A stretch of 61,185 nucleotides of DNA, filler included, from Sphacelaria rigidula (GCA_964200075.2; 8 parts of 8 records of this genome joined end to end with filler, not necessarily neighbours in it), one strand, 5' to 3'. Numbered from the whole stretch's first letter, positions 25,935 through 38,205 are shown. Numbers and translations are program-made. Notes: generated by a model not told the origin, from the letters alone.

Positions 25935-26273
25935 ATCCCCCAGCAAGAAATCCTGCTCGACCTGCATCGGAAATCAGCATCAACGTCCCTCGGCATTCGG
26001 CGAGGGGCAGCGCCGGCGGGGCAAGCCTTGCTAGGTGCCGGCGCGGGGGCACCCACCGCGGGTTTCGTCACCAACTCTGGACTGGTACTTAAGTTCGATG
26101 CTTACTTCAAAGAAACCGTCGATGAATCGCCCTTGGAGAATCACCGCGTGCGGAAGTGCAGGATACTGATGTATCTTGAAGATTCCTCCATGCAGATAGA
26201 CGAGTACCGCCAGGAGAACAGTGGGATGTCACAGGGAACTCTCGTCAAGCGCCATGTGATACCATATCCTGAG
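25935..26273 (+). CDS. EFHC1: EFHC1/Rib72-like DM10 protein, first visible exon
   Basis: atag| acceptor, GAG|gtatga donor; VLKFDAYFKETVDESPLENHRVRKCRILMYLEDSSMQIDEYRQENSGMSQGTLVKRHVIP is a typical first DM10 domain. Confidence 0.85.
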
Positions 26274-26599
26274 GTATGATGACGTCAGGTTCCGATTTTG
26301 GTGGGCTCAAGTGTCTGTGCTCAGTGCGTGTACAACTACTGTCAGGTCCACAACCTTTTCTCGATAGCTCGTAACAGCATTGCATTTCCGAGGGCGATAC
26401 GCATGCAGATACCAGACTCGGGTGCAAAACCAATTACCGCCTCGCCCAGGTGGTATAGTGGTTCAACTGACACGGTCGGATCTGGAAAACATGGATTCGG
26501 CTCCCGTGAGATGCGTCTAGTTTGGATTTTTTTCTGCGACGTGTTTGATTCCCGTGGTGAAAAAACACGAGGGCGTGAATAGCTAAACAAAATTGGCTC

Positions 26600-26853
26600 A
26601 AGAAGCAGATATTTGACCCTTGAATCAGTGAGTTTTCGCTGGTTCAAAGGTCGAATGTCTGCTCCTCGAACAAAATATATGGTGTGGGGTCCTTTCCCGC
26701 ATGATCGCATCAGGGATCTCCGGGGCTCCTCGCCCCTCGCAGGTCTCGCTGGTCACAGTTTCAATGCCACCAACAATCGATCGTCCGGGGACTCGAATCC
26801 CCGACCTCTTGTTCCACAGGCGAACATTCAATCATTGAGCCACCTTGACTGGG
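26600..26853 (-). mobile_element. Intronic tRNA-derived SINE (His-like head)
   Basis: Reverse complement of 26781-26853 has A box TGGCTCAATG, loop CTGTGGA (GTG) and a T-arm CGGGGATTCGAGTCCCCG. 3' boundary approximate. Confidence 0.6.
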
Positions 26854-27233
26854 TTTCGTTGAAGAGAGCCGACGCCGTGCAGGAGTATTGGTGGTCATGA
26901 TCCAATTCGCAATACCACAACGTACGGCATATATCGGGGAAGAGATGGGTTGATCCCTGGAGGCCACGAATTCGTCATGAAGAAGGGGTGGGGTTCAAAG
27001 TGTGACGAAAAAACAAAAGCTTCAGCACTGCCCGTGAAATCTACTTGGGGTGAACAGATTTACGATCAAGTCTACTGAGCCATCGTAGACCCGCCGCCTT
27101 CCCCAAATAATACAGAGCCACTGTTTCACCATGCCACGGAGCTTAGGTGGATTCCTTTCGTCTGGCCCATGCAACTCTCAGCCCAAATTCATGCATCCGT
27201 TTTGTTTCGTTGCTCCCCCGGTGAAACGTACAG

Positions 27234-27473
27234 GGGCGACCGGGGTCCTATACTGGCGATGACATCAGGGTTGGTGGCACCATAGATGTTTACGGTCGAC
27301 GGTTTCACGTTGTAGACGCAAACGGCGCCACACGCGACCTCCTCAGACAACGATTGGGTCGAATCGAGGAGTCCGCTATTGCCTTTCCGAAGGACCGTTA
27401 CTCGGTAGAGCGAAGAGAGTTCATGGCTCGCCAAACAGGGTGTGATCCCACAGTACAGCACAAAATCACTAAG
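27234..27473 (+). CDS. EFHC1: EFHC1/Rib72-like exon (end of DM10-1)
   Basis: cag| ... AAG|gtgagt, phase 0; GSYTGDDIRVGGTIDVYGRRFHVVDANGATRDLL. This exon is not in the ORF track. Confidence 0.85.
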
Positions 27474-27833
27474 GTGAGTTTTGTGAGTGAAACATCGAAG
27501 AACGAGCGAAATATCCCACCTCCATATTGATACAGGCAATGACATGCCTACTTGCATTTAGCGGGAAGATTCTTCTTCCGCATGGCATGAACTACAAAAG
27601 CGATGCATTTCATCTGTCTTCTCATCATGGAGCAACGTCTCTCAAGCTGCAGTCGAAAACGTAAAACAACGCACAAAGCCTACTCAACGTCGCAGGTAGA
27701 GGTCACCTCAAAATTGTACTCTTATAGAAGCGATTCTGTATACCGAGATAAATTTTCCTCGTCATTGCGCGGGACCCGAACCCGAACCCGGACCCGCAAT
27801 TTCCCTCATGCGGACCCATTCGCTCACATACAG

Positions 27834-27986
27834 AACGAAATGAAGGTGTTTGCGGAAGCGACGCTGGGGAATACTGTGGATAACAGCAAACGCGCCGGGT
27901 TTATCAAGTACGACCGCAAAGTCCTGCGGTTCCAGGCAGTATGGGATGACCGCGAGAGTTTATACGGAGACCTCCAGAGGTTCGAG
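27834..27986 (+). CDS. EFHC1: EFHC1/Rib72-like exon (start of DM10-2)
   Basis: cag| ... GAG|gtaaga; FIKYDRKVLRFQAVWDDRESLYGDLQRFE. Confidence 0.9.
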
Positions 27987-28574
27987 GTAAGATATGCGCA
28001 CACAAGGCGAATGTTTTGGTCTATTTTCCTTGGATGTCTGTACTGTGACCACGCCTGAACTCGTAGCGGATCAGCGAATGTGCGGCTATCAACCAACCAA
28101 TCAGTCAATCATTCGATGAACCAATAGAAGCGGATATGGAATCTTCATATTGTTTTGAATTGCCGCTTGGTTGAATTTTTGACATCGGAAGTGTTCATGT
28201 CCACCCTTCAAATTACCCTCTTGCGTGAAAAAACGCGTTTGAAATTATTATTCTGCTATCGCAAGTCTTATCTACAACGCTACTGGCTACAGCATGACCG
28301 AGGCATGTACCCGACAGGAATATCGCTTCTACAGAATAGCCGTTGCCTCCAAGGCTACTAGAAGTGTCTTGCTCAACTGAGCACACAGGAAGAGCGCTGT
28401 TGACATGACCTCCGCTATAGTACCTGACAGCGCTGTCTTACGTTATCAAGAGCTGGGTAAGTTTCCCGTCTCAAGTGACCCAACGGGGATCGAGAGCCTG
28501 CTAGCGCTTTTATGCTGCTCTCCCGATGTCCGCGCGTCTTGCATCCTACGAACAACTGCTTGTCCTGGAGACAG

Positions 28575-28745
28575 ATGCACTATTACCTCTCGGACGATAC
28601 AATCGAGATCCGATCCTTGCACGGTCCAAACTCAGGGCGGGACCCTGTCCCGATCCTCGTTAAAAGGGGTAGGGTTCCGAAGTCCATCGCTGGTGGCCCC
28701 GCTAGCGACGCGTACCATTGGAGAGACTTCGATATAGGAGTGGAG
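28575..28745 (+). CDS. EFHC1: EFHC1/Rib72-like exon (DM10-2)
   Basis: cag| ... GAG|gtgagc; MHYYLSDDTIEIRSLHGPNSGRDPVPILVKRGRVPK...YHWRDFDIGVE. Confidence 0.9.
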
Positions 28746-29394
28746 GTGAGCTTGCGGGAACTTGTGGTCGTCTAGTGGGGTGTCTGTTATCATTTGGAGC
28801 GCAAGAGGCAAGGTAACCGACAGACGTTTGATGGAGTTTCCTTGACGTTCATGACCGGCTGGTGGTGACAGGGTAAATCATTTTCGTTTTGTTGTAGAGG
28901 TGGGGGATACGGCATGGTATGGATGGATGGCCCTTTGTGGATGAGGGGAGAAAATTGATGTGCCCCTGTCTGCATATGCGTCTAGACGGTGCAATATACC
29001 TTTTTGGGACTCATCGCTAAAAACATCCTCGACTTCAATCATCCCGAAGCCTCGTTTGTGCCCCAAGTGACACAGCGATCACTTCGTCAATGAGTAACGA
29101 GAGCAGTTCATCGGTAGCACTGACGAAGGTCGTTTTGTGTTCTTCTGTCCTGTGCAAAAACATCCCGCAGGGCTATTTCACGCATCCTTGCGCGTGATGG
29201 CACCAGCCTAGTTGTGAATCAATGGTTCGCACTCAAGGTACCTCCACTCAATTATGCTGCCCGCTCCTCCCTTTTTGACGTCCATCCTCGATTCTTCGAT
29301 CGGCTCGCAACCACAGACAACAGTACTCTGCTCCTCCCCAAACCCCGCAATAACATCAACGGTGATAACAGTGGAAAACGACCAAACATTACAG

Positions 29395-29669
29395 GTGAAC
29401 ATGTACGAGCGCAAGCTCGTCCTGGTGGACGCCGACGGTCACACCCGGGAATTTTATGCAACCAAGGGCATCCGTTTAGGAGAGCCTATTCTGCCGGTAC
29501 CTGACCCTGAGCCGGTATACGAGACGTCGGTATTGGCTCCTTCCGTGGGTACGTTTACGAGAGCAGACGAGGACGACGACTTGGTGTCTCGATCTACTTC
29601 GCTCATCCCCAGCCCACCTCGCAAAATACGGAGGGAGGACGTTATGTTCCGATACACCGCCGAATTTAA
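29395..29669 (+). CDS. EFHC1: EFHC1/Rib72-like exon (end of DM10-2, start of DM10-3); the gene continues beyond the contig
   Basis: cag| ... AA|gtgagt; VNMYERKLVLVDADGHTREFY...SLIPSPPRK...VMFRYTAEF. Confidence 0.85.
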
Positions 29670-30013
29670 GTGAGTCTGGTCGTCTGAAGAATGCGTGGTA
29701 TTCGGTTGAGACGGAAACGGACCGTAAGGAGCTACTGTACCTGTTTTGGTGTTCGTCAGGCTAGTCCTTTTTGCAGTCGTTGATGCCCGAGATGGAAAGC
29801 GACATTCGTTGTTGGAACAATCCACTAATAGTTTGATTCATTGTCGTACACCCACTGATACCCTGGGAATCTAGCTGTGGTCACGCGCTAGACGTATCCC
29901 AATATTGAGTTAAACGGAAACATTCGCTGAAGGAAACTCGAAAAGGAGGAGAAATTGTAGAGGTTGTACTGTAGCTCGTGGACCTTTCGGCATTTTCGAA
30001 GCTCCGAGTTATA

Positions 30014-30439
30014 TTGAAGTCGTGATTCGAACAAGTTTGCGAATTACGAATATTCACGAATCTTCGAATTATTCGAATTAAAAAACGTAATTCGCAGCAA
30101 TAAGCAAAAAACAGACGACTGGTTGGCGCCTTTCCCGTTCGCAGTGCGTCAGTTTTACTGGAAAATACAGTGCATAGCCAACATGAGCGACAGCGGATCG
30201 CCGGGGCACACCACAGTCGATTGCTCAGCTTCACGCTGTCAGTTGTCGATGCAGGTGACAACCATGACTCGGACTCGGAGGATGACATCGTGCAAGTAAA
30301 GCTTGGAAGTGTCGACCCACAGCCGCCGCAGAAACGGGCATAGAGAGGCTCGGCGTCAGGGGCCAGCAGCGTTTGGAAATGATCCGAAGAAAGAGAGATG
30401 CAAGGGCAGGTGCTTGCATTTTGTACTATCTCGGGCTGC
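30014..30439 (+). pseudogene. Possible 5' part of a hAT-like transposon with a broken BED-type zinc finger
   Basis: Clustered CGAA subterminal-like motifs, then DSDSEDDIVQV...GASSVWK*SEEREMQGQVLAFCTISGC with in-frame stops. Confidence 0.4.
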
Positions 30440-30544
30440 AGTACAAAATGCAAGCACCTGCCCTTGCATCTCTCTTTCTTCGGATCATTTCCAAACGCTG
30501 CTGGCCCCTGACGCCGAGCCTCTCTATGCCCGTTTCTGCGGCGG
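30323..30544. repeat. Perfect 105-bp inverted repeat with a 12-nt spacer, ending at the contig end
   Basis: 30323-30427 is the exact reverse complement of 30440-30544. Confidence 0.95.
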
Positions 30545-30644
30545 NNNNNNNNNNNNNNNNNNNNNNNNNNNNNNNNNNNNNNNNNNNNTTAATTAATTAA
30601 NNNNNNNNNNNNNNNNNNNNNNNNNNNNNNNNNNNNNNNNNNNN
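30545..30644. other. Artificial contig spacer
   Basis: 44N-TTAATTAATTAA-44N. Confidence 0.98.
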
Positions 30645-30702
30645 AGACACGTCATTCCTGACCAGCCTACTTGGTCGTTCTGGAGGCCCGGTCCCGAAAG
30701 GG
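30645..30702 (+). mobile_element. Right end of the 8501-9462 piggyBac-like family
   Basis: AGACACGTCATTCC...CCGGTCCCGAAAGGG|TTAA matches 9405-9462. Confidence 0.75.
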
Positions 30703-31319
30703 TTAATAGGGGTCCATTTCTTCAGAACAAAGTACAAGGTACCCTGAGTAACTACAGGTGTGCCCCGCTGGGCTTATTCGTATTTCCATGTACGTCGTCC
30801 GATGGTGATCATCGTATTTCGAAAGTATCACAGACTCGGTTTACCCAGACCACGACACGGACTGGCCAAAACTGAGGGGTGCGTACTGTATCTGAGACAG
30901 CTCGGACCAGTAGAGCTTACCGGCGTTGGGCTAGAAATGTCCATGGTTGATAATACTTAATTTGAGTGTTTACAACGAGAATCGGAGTTTTAGTAGGACT
31001 GACAGTTCCGTGTGCTCGCGTGCGCAGAACGCCTTTTCGTTGAAATTGGCACAGGCGCCGATTTGGGGTCTACCAAGGCCACACTTTGCCTAGGGAATGC
31101 ATGTAACGTCCTTGCCCGAGGGTTCTTGGTATGCATTGGGTTGAGCTTAGGGTTAGGGGTAGCGATACTTGTAAAATTGTGTCAACCATGGACATTTGTA
31201 GCCTAACGCCGGTAAACTAGCCTCGCTGGAATAGCAAGCAGATGTGTCTTGCCACCTTCACGTCACATTCGACTGCACAATACTGTCTGCACTGACTATT
31301 GTACCGTCTGTGTCTACGG

Positions 31320-32052
31320 GGACAGCGAGCCTTGTCTCGGAACAGTTTCATAGGCTGAAACTGTTGACAGTCCGGAGACATTGGAGGGTTTCCAGTGGCC
31401 TGGGGGGGGGGTCGAGGATGGGTGTCTGTGCGCAGAGCAGCCGAAAAACTCACCAAGTCAACCATGTGTGTTTGGAAGTTTCCCGCGCAAACTTCGAAGC
31501 CAGGACCAAGCCCTGAGAGGCGCGGAGTGATCATTCTGACCAATCACGGCCGTCAAAATGAGCACGTTGTCCCCCCACAAGTAGACTAAAGGTGGTGGAC
31601 TACTTCGCTGTCTACCGGCAGTTCTCAATTTGGTCATGGCAAATGAACCATAGATTACATGGGTACAAGTAACTTGTTTTGTACTCTGCTCGAGCTCTGT
31701 GCTGCCCGTCTGACGCCTCATGTGTTGCCAGCATAGCTTCACACTGTTTGTAGTGTTGTTGAACACTAGGCAGAGTCATTGGCAGCATGGAGTGAGTTGT
31801 GCTCAGTGGAGAGCGATGTCACACTAAAATAATCCCGTCTCTTGCCGTTGCATCCAGCCGAGACATACAGCACATATACATACCGCCTCTGCGCGCAATT
31901 GACTGCAGGGTCAAAACTGGTCAGGGGTTCTCCGGGACTATCTTCACATAATCATGAAAAAGGCGTTTTGCGTAGCGAGAAAAGAGCTGCTCTCAACCCC
32001 CAAATGGCATTGTCCAACTCAGTCCACCTGCGGGGGGGTCGCTGTCTAAGGG
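31320..32052 (+). mobile_element. piggyBac-like non-autonomous element (family of 53706-54599), left tip missing
   Basis: Shares the ~280-bp left arm (GACAGCGAGC...CATTCTGACCAATCACGG) and the right end GGGGGTCGCTGTCTAAGGG|TTAA. Confidence 0.75.
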
Positions 32053-33685
32053 TTAAGGTTAGAACTGCATGTGTGGTACGCTGTATTGCTTGCAGGTGCG
32101 GTGATATCAGGAGCGGATGTACGGTACTGTACCGTAGATGACGCGATCTCGGCAACTTGAAGCATGTAGGCACTACGCTCCTTAGCGCTCGACGGCCCGG
32201 TACAGCCATTTATTCCGTTGTGCCCGCAACACGGCGTTTCACATAACGTGCCAATCAGCCAGCCGTCGACGGACGGTAGTTTCGATATATTACACCCCCT
32301 TTAGTGTTACATTTTTGCAACTCTCTTATCCCGACACCTACAAGATAGATCACACCAAACTTTCTGCTGTTGACGAAGTCATTCGGAATTCTCTTCTCAA
32401 TATGCAAGAGCTCTATGGTTGTGCACTCTCCCCTCTCCCGATAAAAACAATTGTGAAAAGTTCGCTATGGGGGTGTTATACGCCGCACTCTCGGGCAGCG
32501 GTCGCCGCCGGTCTGCCCATGCGCGACGAGACACATTGGAGCAAGAAAGGTCAGGGTGAATCAATACAGCTACTGAGAAAAAAGAATATCAAGGCCTGAT
32601 AGCCATCACTCACCGCTGAATCTGCCACGTGACGTGCACCTTGCGTGCACCATGCATTCCCTCTACGCAACGCAGGTAAGGATCGGACCACAATCTACGA
32701 TAACAGATGATAACATATGCGAAGGCGTGGCACTACAGTTCTCAACCATTATTCCGTTTCGTAGATCTGCTGCCCCAAAACTCGCCCGCCTGGAACAACA
32801 ACACACCAATTGTCCTCTGGTATATTGCTGGACACAAGCTGCTATTCTCTTACTCTGCGTAAGGTGCGTCGTTTTACCCTGTTTTTTGTGCGGTTGCATT
32901 GTGTGTCGTGGTAGATAAAAAAATCCCCAGCTGGTTGTAAAGACTGTCGTACGACAACGCATGCACAGCTCGGCGGTATCATGTCCGCCAGTACGGTTGG
33001 AATCCGGGGCAGGCGTGTGAACCTGCTTTGCATGTCGTTGAACAGTGAGAGGCCGAGCATGAAAGTCAGAAAGGGAACCTTCCAACAGAGTTCTGCTGTG
33101 ACTGTATAGGCTATGTTTAAACTTCATGGCTTTCCGTTTCATGTTTTGAGAGTGGCAACGCCATCGTGTCGGTAGAGCAGTTGCGACATTCACACTGCAG
33201 CTCATCTGTCCATACAATCATCCACAACGGCAGCAGCAGCAGCAGCAATAGGCCGTGTATGAGCGCCCTGGCTTATTGGAGGCGTATTTCACATGCTGCA
33301 CTAATGTGGCACGGTGCTGTGCGTCATGTGATGGCCACACAAGATTTGCACTTTCAAAACCCTGTGCAGTAATCTATTGCAAGAGGTCTGCGGAAGTGAC
33401 GGAGTTTAACACCCCCTCTCCCCTCGCGGGTGGTTGGCGGTCTGGCATTGATTTTATCGAGACTGCGATGTCCACCCTGCCAAAGGTTCTATAGTTCACA
33501 AGATCTGATTGATATTCGCCTGATAGATGGCGTATATACTTCGTCAGCCTATGTCTTGCCTCTCGAGTAATCGAGCTTCAAAAATCTACGTCGACTACGC
33601 GTACGGTACCCCCATGCGGACGTTCCTCCATGTGCGTCCATTTTCATGAACTGCATGAACGCGATTCGTTCCAATGTGTATTTAG

Positions 33686-34176
33686 TAGAGCTCGGAAATG
33701 ATTTGTCTGAGCATTAATCAGTTAAATAGTTACACGTAGCGCAACCATTGACCAGGTGAATGGTACAAAATGGTTTGGTCATCGAGCGGCGAAGCCGCGA
33801 GCCATAAAGCCCCCCCGCGCGCCAGTGGGGGGGCCGCCGCCGGCGCCTCCGGAGGGCAATTTTCACATAGTTTGGCTTAATCAGAAGTGGAAAATACGAG
33901 AGATTCGGGGCAATTTTCAAGAGCAAGAGCATGGCGCGCTTGACTTGGAATTTCGTTTTTTTTTCAAGTAGCCCATTCAGAGTTTTTAGTGAAGAAAAGG
34001 ACTGCTGCCGCATGTTGCGTATTGTCTATTTTAGCTGTGTGCTATATGTAGCATACCTAGCCGGTAACGGTAGTTAATGGTTCGAAACCAATATCCGAAA
34101 TCTACATATAACCATTACCATTATAACCATTATAATGATAATGGCCAGTTATAACTGGTACCATTTCCGAGCTCTA
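33686..34176. mobile_element. 491-bp hAT-like MITE
   Basis: Perfect 15-bp TIR TAGAGCTCGGAAATG / CATTTCCGAGCTCTA; 8-bp flanks GTATTTAG / GTATTTAA. Confidence 0.85.
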
Positions 34177-34184
34177 GTATTTAA

Positions 34185-34500
34185 ACCTCAGACAGCGAGC
34201 GTCGCCTCAGAACAGGTCCACAGGCTGACAGTCGAGGGACATCCGGGGGTTTCCAGAGGGCGGAGGAGTGGTTTCTGACGTAGTGGTGGGGGGCTTTTCA
34301 GAGAACAGCCGGAAGGCTCACCGAATCATATAATGTGTGTTTGAAAGTTTGGCACGGAAAATTATAGGTCAGGAACGAAGCCCGAGAGAAGCGGAGTGAC
34401 CATTCTGACCAATCACGGCTATCAAAATGGTCACTTTGTTCCCCTACAGGTGGACTATAGGTGGACGACTTCGCTGTCTAGCTGTATTTACAATTTCGGT
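34185..34500 (+). mobile_element. Left arm of the same piggyBac-like family; right end not located
   Basis: TTAA|ACCTCAGACAGCGAGCGTCGCCTC.GAACAG, homologous to 53706-54000 and 31320-31620. Confidence 0.7.
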
Positions 34501-35440
34501 TATGACATTCAACCACGCAATAATATGCACACTTTGTTCGACTTGAGGACGATGTATGTTGCGATTTATCCGCCATCGTACGTGAATTTCCTCGCGCTGC
34601 TATGTGCACCGTATAGCATGCCATGTAGTAATGATTGCTTGTTGTATCAGTTGAGTTGCACACTCTATGAATAATGACGATACAACTGATTCAATGAAGA
34701 TATCAACGTTGGAATTACATTTACCACGAATATTGCCAAGAAATATTTTTGACGAAAATCAGCCGTTGAAATACTTGGAATGACTGAACGAACGACCTAC
34801 GAAAGTGAGATGTGTTGCTATGACAGGAATACTCCAAGGGCATGTCGGATAGGATACACCCGATATTTTGGTATTTTAAAAAGTGGAGATCCGACCCATG
34901 CCCACAGCAGCCGCCAGCCTAGTACTGTTGCTCCCCTCTCTATGCCCATACAAGTCAATGTTACTGACTTGAGCAGGTGATGTGCGACTTTTCAAAATAC
35001 CACAATGTCGGGTAAACCCTCCCTACCTGACATGCCCTTGGAAATATTTTGCGGCTCTCGAGAAAAGAAACCGGCATATTCAGCCCGTCAACTACTCGAA
35101 TGTGATGCGTCTACTGCCGCATACATTTACAGTGGCTCCAGTGAGGGTTCAAAAGATCGAAGCACTAAAAACAGATTTACAACCAAAAACATGCGCAGCG
35201 ACCGAGTGTGTCTCCGCCCGTCCTGATCTAAAACCAAAGCACCCTTGTGTGACTACGCCGGAACGCTTCGCGAAGTTGTAGCTCATCGACTACTGTAGTC
35301 ACGGGATACTTGCTCTCCTGCTGCTCACACGGGTCGCGAGCTTTACTTCGCTGTCGTACTTTTTCGCGTTGCCATGGGTTTGTTGTGCTATTCGAGCAGC
35401 GCAGATATCATGAAGTGTATCGTATCATTCTAGTAGGGGG

Positions 35441-35487
35441 GGGCGTACTCATTTGTTGCTTGCCTTAGTCATTTGACCATTGACCAC
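35441..35487 (-). mobile_element. 47-nt LINE 3'-tip insertion with a perfect 15-bp TSD
   Basis: CATTCTAGTAGGGGG at 35426-35440 and 35488-35502 flanks the reverse complement of the LINE end GTGGTCAATGGTCAAA...GCAAGCAAC.AATGAGTACGCCC. Confidence 0.9.
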
Positions 35488-35519
35488 CATTCTAGTAGGG
35501 GGTAAAGCGAGGAAATTTT

Positions 35520-36605
35520 CAAGGGTAGGACAAATGATGATTCGTCTGGAAATTACTTGGTTTTAGTATAACTGATTCGAATCGTTCGAATCAATCCCTA
35601 GGCTTTGTTGTCAGCGTTGCAACCCAGGTAGACGCAGCCCAGACACGTGGAATGGCGCAAAAGTTGCGTGGATACCCCTTGGATAAGCGGTCAACTTTTG
35701 TCTCCCTTTGGGGCGATCAGGCCGAAGAAATCGTGGAATTTGGTGATTCGTAGTCGTGATGAGTCGTTCTAACCGTGAAATTTTTGTTGACATGTATAGT
35801 CATTTCTCACCATCCCTTAACGTTTTCGCCAGCTGCTCCGCGTGCACTGGGTGTTTGTTCCCTTTGGTGTGTGTGGATGTTACGTAGGCTGTTACGTTAG
35901 GATGGTGGAGTACCCGGCGGGGGGTATGACGGGTCGTACACAGCAGTTGTTCAATGAGAGTGTTTCTCACACTACATCAATCACACCGCCATTGCGTGTT
36001 GCATGTTTCTCTCACCGATGCATCGATGATTCCGGTCACAATCTCCAGCATTTTTTCTAATCCTCACTGCCGCCTTCAAACAAGGGGGGATCCACTTAAT
36101 TTCGCTATTCGTATGCGATAAAGGTGGCGAAACAGACGTATCGGCGGCACGCGCAAATGAGGCCACATAGTCATGACCCATCGCATCACCGCCTCTACGG
36201 CACCAATGATGGAATTCAACCATTTTTACTTCCGAGGTTTCGCAAAAACGGAATGGCTTTGTTTCAACCTTTTTTCTTCTTTTCAAATATTTTCAAACTT
36301 TTCTGCCCTGTCTTCTCCTGTTGCTTTTTTTTATTGTACTTTTGCACGGTTCGGACGAATCATCGCCGGTTCGAATCACCAAATCCACAATTTTTATCGC
36401 CTAATTGCTCAAAAAGATGAAGAAAAAAAATGACCGCTGGTCGAAAAGGTCTCCACGCAACTTGTGCGCCATTCCACGTGCCTGGGCTGCGTGTACCTGG
36501 CTTGCAAAGCTGAAAACAAAGCCTGAGGATTGATTCGTACGGCACGAATCAATTACACCAAAATCGAGTAATTTCCAGATGAATCATCAATTCGTCCGAC
36601 CCTTG
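35520..36605. mobile_element. ~1.09-kb non-autonomous element with ~250-bp imperfect TIRs (CAAGGG...CCCTTG)
   Basis: 35520-35770 aligns with the reverse complement of ~36345-36605; no convincing TSD. Confidence 0.8.
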
Positions 36606-36697
36606 TATTTTTGTCATTCTGTCCTTCTGTAGGTTGGTTCAAGATCTGTAGTTCGTCCTGCTGAATCTACGACCACGACCTGAGACAAGAGGGCACG

Positions 36698-36829
36698 ATG
36701 GCTGCGATTCCAGACGGCAAGAACAACATGATTCCCGAGGGGAACTCGTTATTCGCTGTGCCGAAGAAGGGACGGCTGTACGAAAAATGCATGAAGCTGC
36801 TGGCCGGCGCGGGACTCGACCACCGCCGG
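36698..36829 (+). CDS. HIS1: ATP phosphoribosyltransferase (HisG/HIS1), first coding exon
   Basis: MAAIPDGKNNMIPEGNSLFAVPKKGRLYEKCMKLLAGAGLDHRR carries the characteristic N-terminal FAVPKKGRL motif; donor CGG|gtgagt. No later exon was recognised on this contig. Confidence 0.88.
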
Positions 36830-37624
36830 GTGAGTCAACGAATATTGACAATGGTTGATTTGATCGAGTGGTTGTCGCACTTTAACCAATCCCCCTTGGA
36901 TCCGGCCATGGTCACATTAGTCACATGATGGATGTACCCGAGATGACAAAACAACACAGAAACACTCGGTGAAAAAAAGTGAAGACGACAGGAAAGATAG
37001 AACAGACGAAGTAGACTATGAAGAGGAATGGAAGAGAAGAGAAAAAGAAAAAAACGGAGACAGAAGATGGTGGTTTGACACAAAACTTTGTTGCTGCCAT
37101 TCCAGCAACGCTGAGCCTATGATTGCAACCCCCACACCAAGGCAGACGGGAGACTTTCGGACTAGAGAGGTGAGTAGATTGATTGCCCTAGGCGAAAAGT
37201 GCTTTTGATACGACTCTTGAGCCGTGCAGACACTCGAATATGGTGCTCTACACTACAAACAGGTACACACTACGTTCAACCATTACTACTTGTTTGCGCC
37301 GGACTGGGCCAACCCTGCTGACGAATTTATGTAGTTCACATGTCATTGAAAATGCAACTTACTTACGTAAACAACGCACTATTGTATTATCAACGCATGT
37401 ACAAATCGGGTGAAAGTATATTCGCCTGCTTTTAGCAAAGCTTTCACATTCTTGACAATAGATTGCGTCGTCAAAGGGTGTGCAGCGTGCCGTATGAGAT
37501 CCATTCCTATTGCAAAAGACGCAATAGTCGATAGTGTACACAGACAGTACAATTCTCGACAGTGTAATATATTGTCATTAACTTTTTCTCACGATTTTTT
37601 TTTTTATTATCATTGTATTTTTCA

Positions 37625-38018
37625 GTTTCGGGACATTTGATCCAGTTTTTGGCCCCCAAACGAGAGATATCGCCATCCCATGTCTTACGTACTTCGCATC
37701 ACCCCATGGAGAGGAGTCGAGCCCACTTTTCCGACGCGCTCGGCTCCGAGGTTTCGGGGGTGCAAGAATCCAGCTGGACATGAGGGAAAGTGAGCACGAT
37801 GTGGGAAAATCGAAAAATCACTACAGAGACCTGCAGACAAAGATTTTTTTCATTTTTAGTTGGACTCTTGTTCAGAAACCATTCTCGCAACCTCGGAGCC
37901 AAGCGAATCGGAAAAGAGGGTTGAGACTCCCCTCGATGGGGGTGATGCAAGGTGTCGAAGACATGTGATCGCGATATTCCCTGTTTGTGGACCAAAATCT
38001 GGATAAAATGTCCCAAAA
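37625..38018. repeat. Imperfect ~100-bp inverted repeat pair (MITE-like)
   Basis: GGGACATTTGATCCAGTTTTTGG...GCATCACCCC vs GGGGTGATGC...CCAAAATCTGGATAAAATGTCCC. Confidence 0.6.
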
Positions 38019-38205
38019 CTCAAAATCCCCCCCCCCCCTCCCGTTCCATATGCAAAATAATTGGTCCTCTTCGGGCCGAACACATCACAGCGCTTCGCGC
38101 TTGGTGATTTACAGTAGTCAGCGTCAGAAGTATGCAGAATCTGTAATTTCTTAGTTTCTCGAAGATTGTCCAAAAATGTTTTGCTTGCCACCGCTCATCA
38201 CGGTG

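Noticed and set aside
26781-26853. Functional tRNA-His gene (and the tRNA-like head at 25264-25339)
   Set aside because: The stems are incomplete and each head runs into a longer body inside or near a gene, so both are better explained as SINE heads
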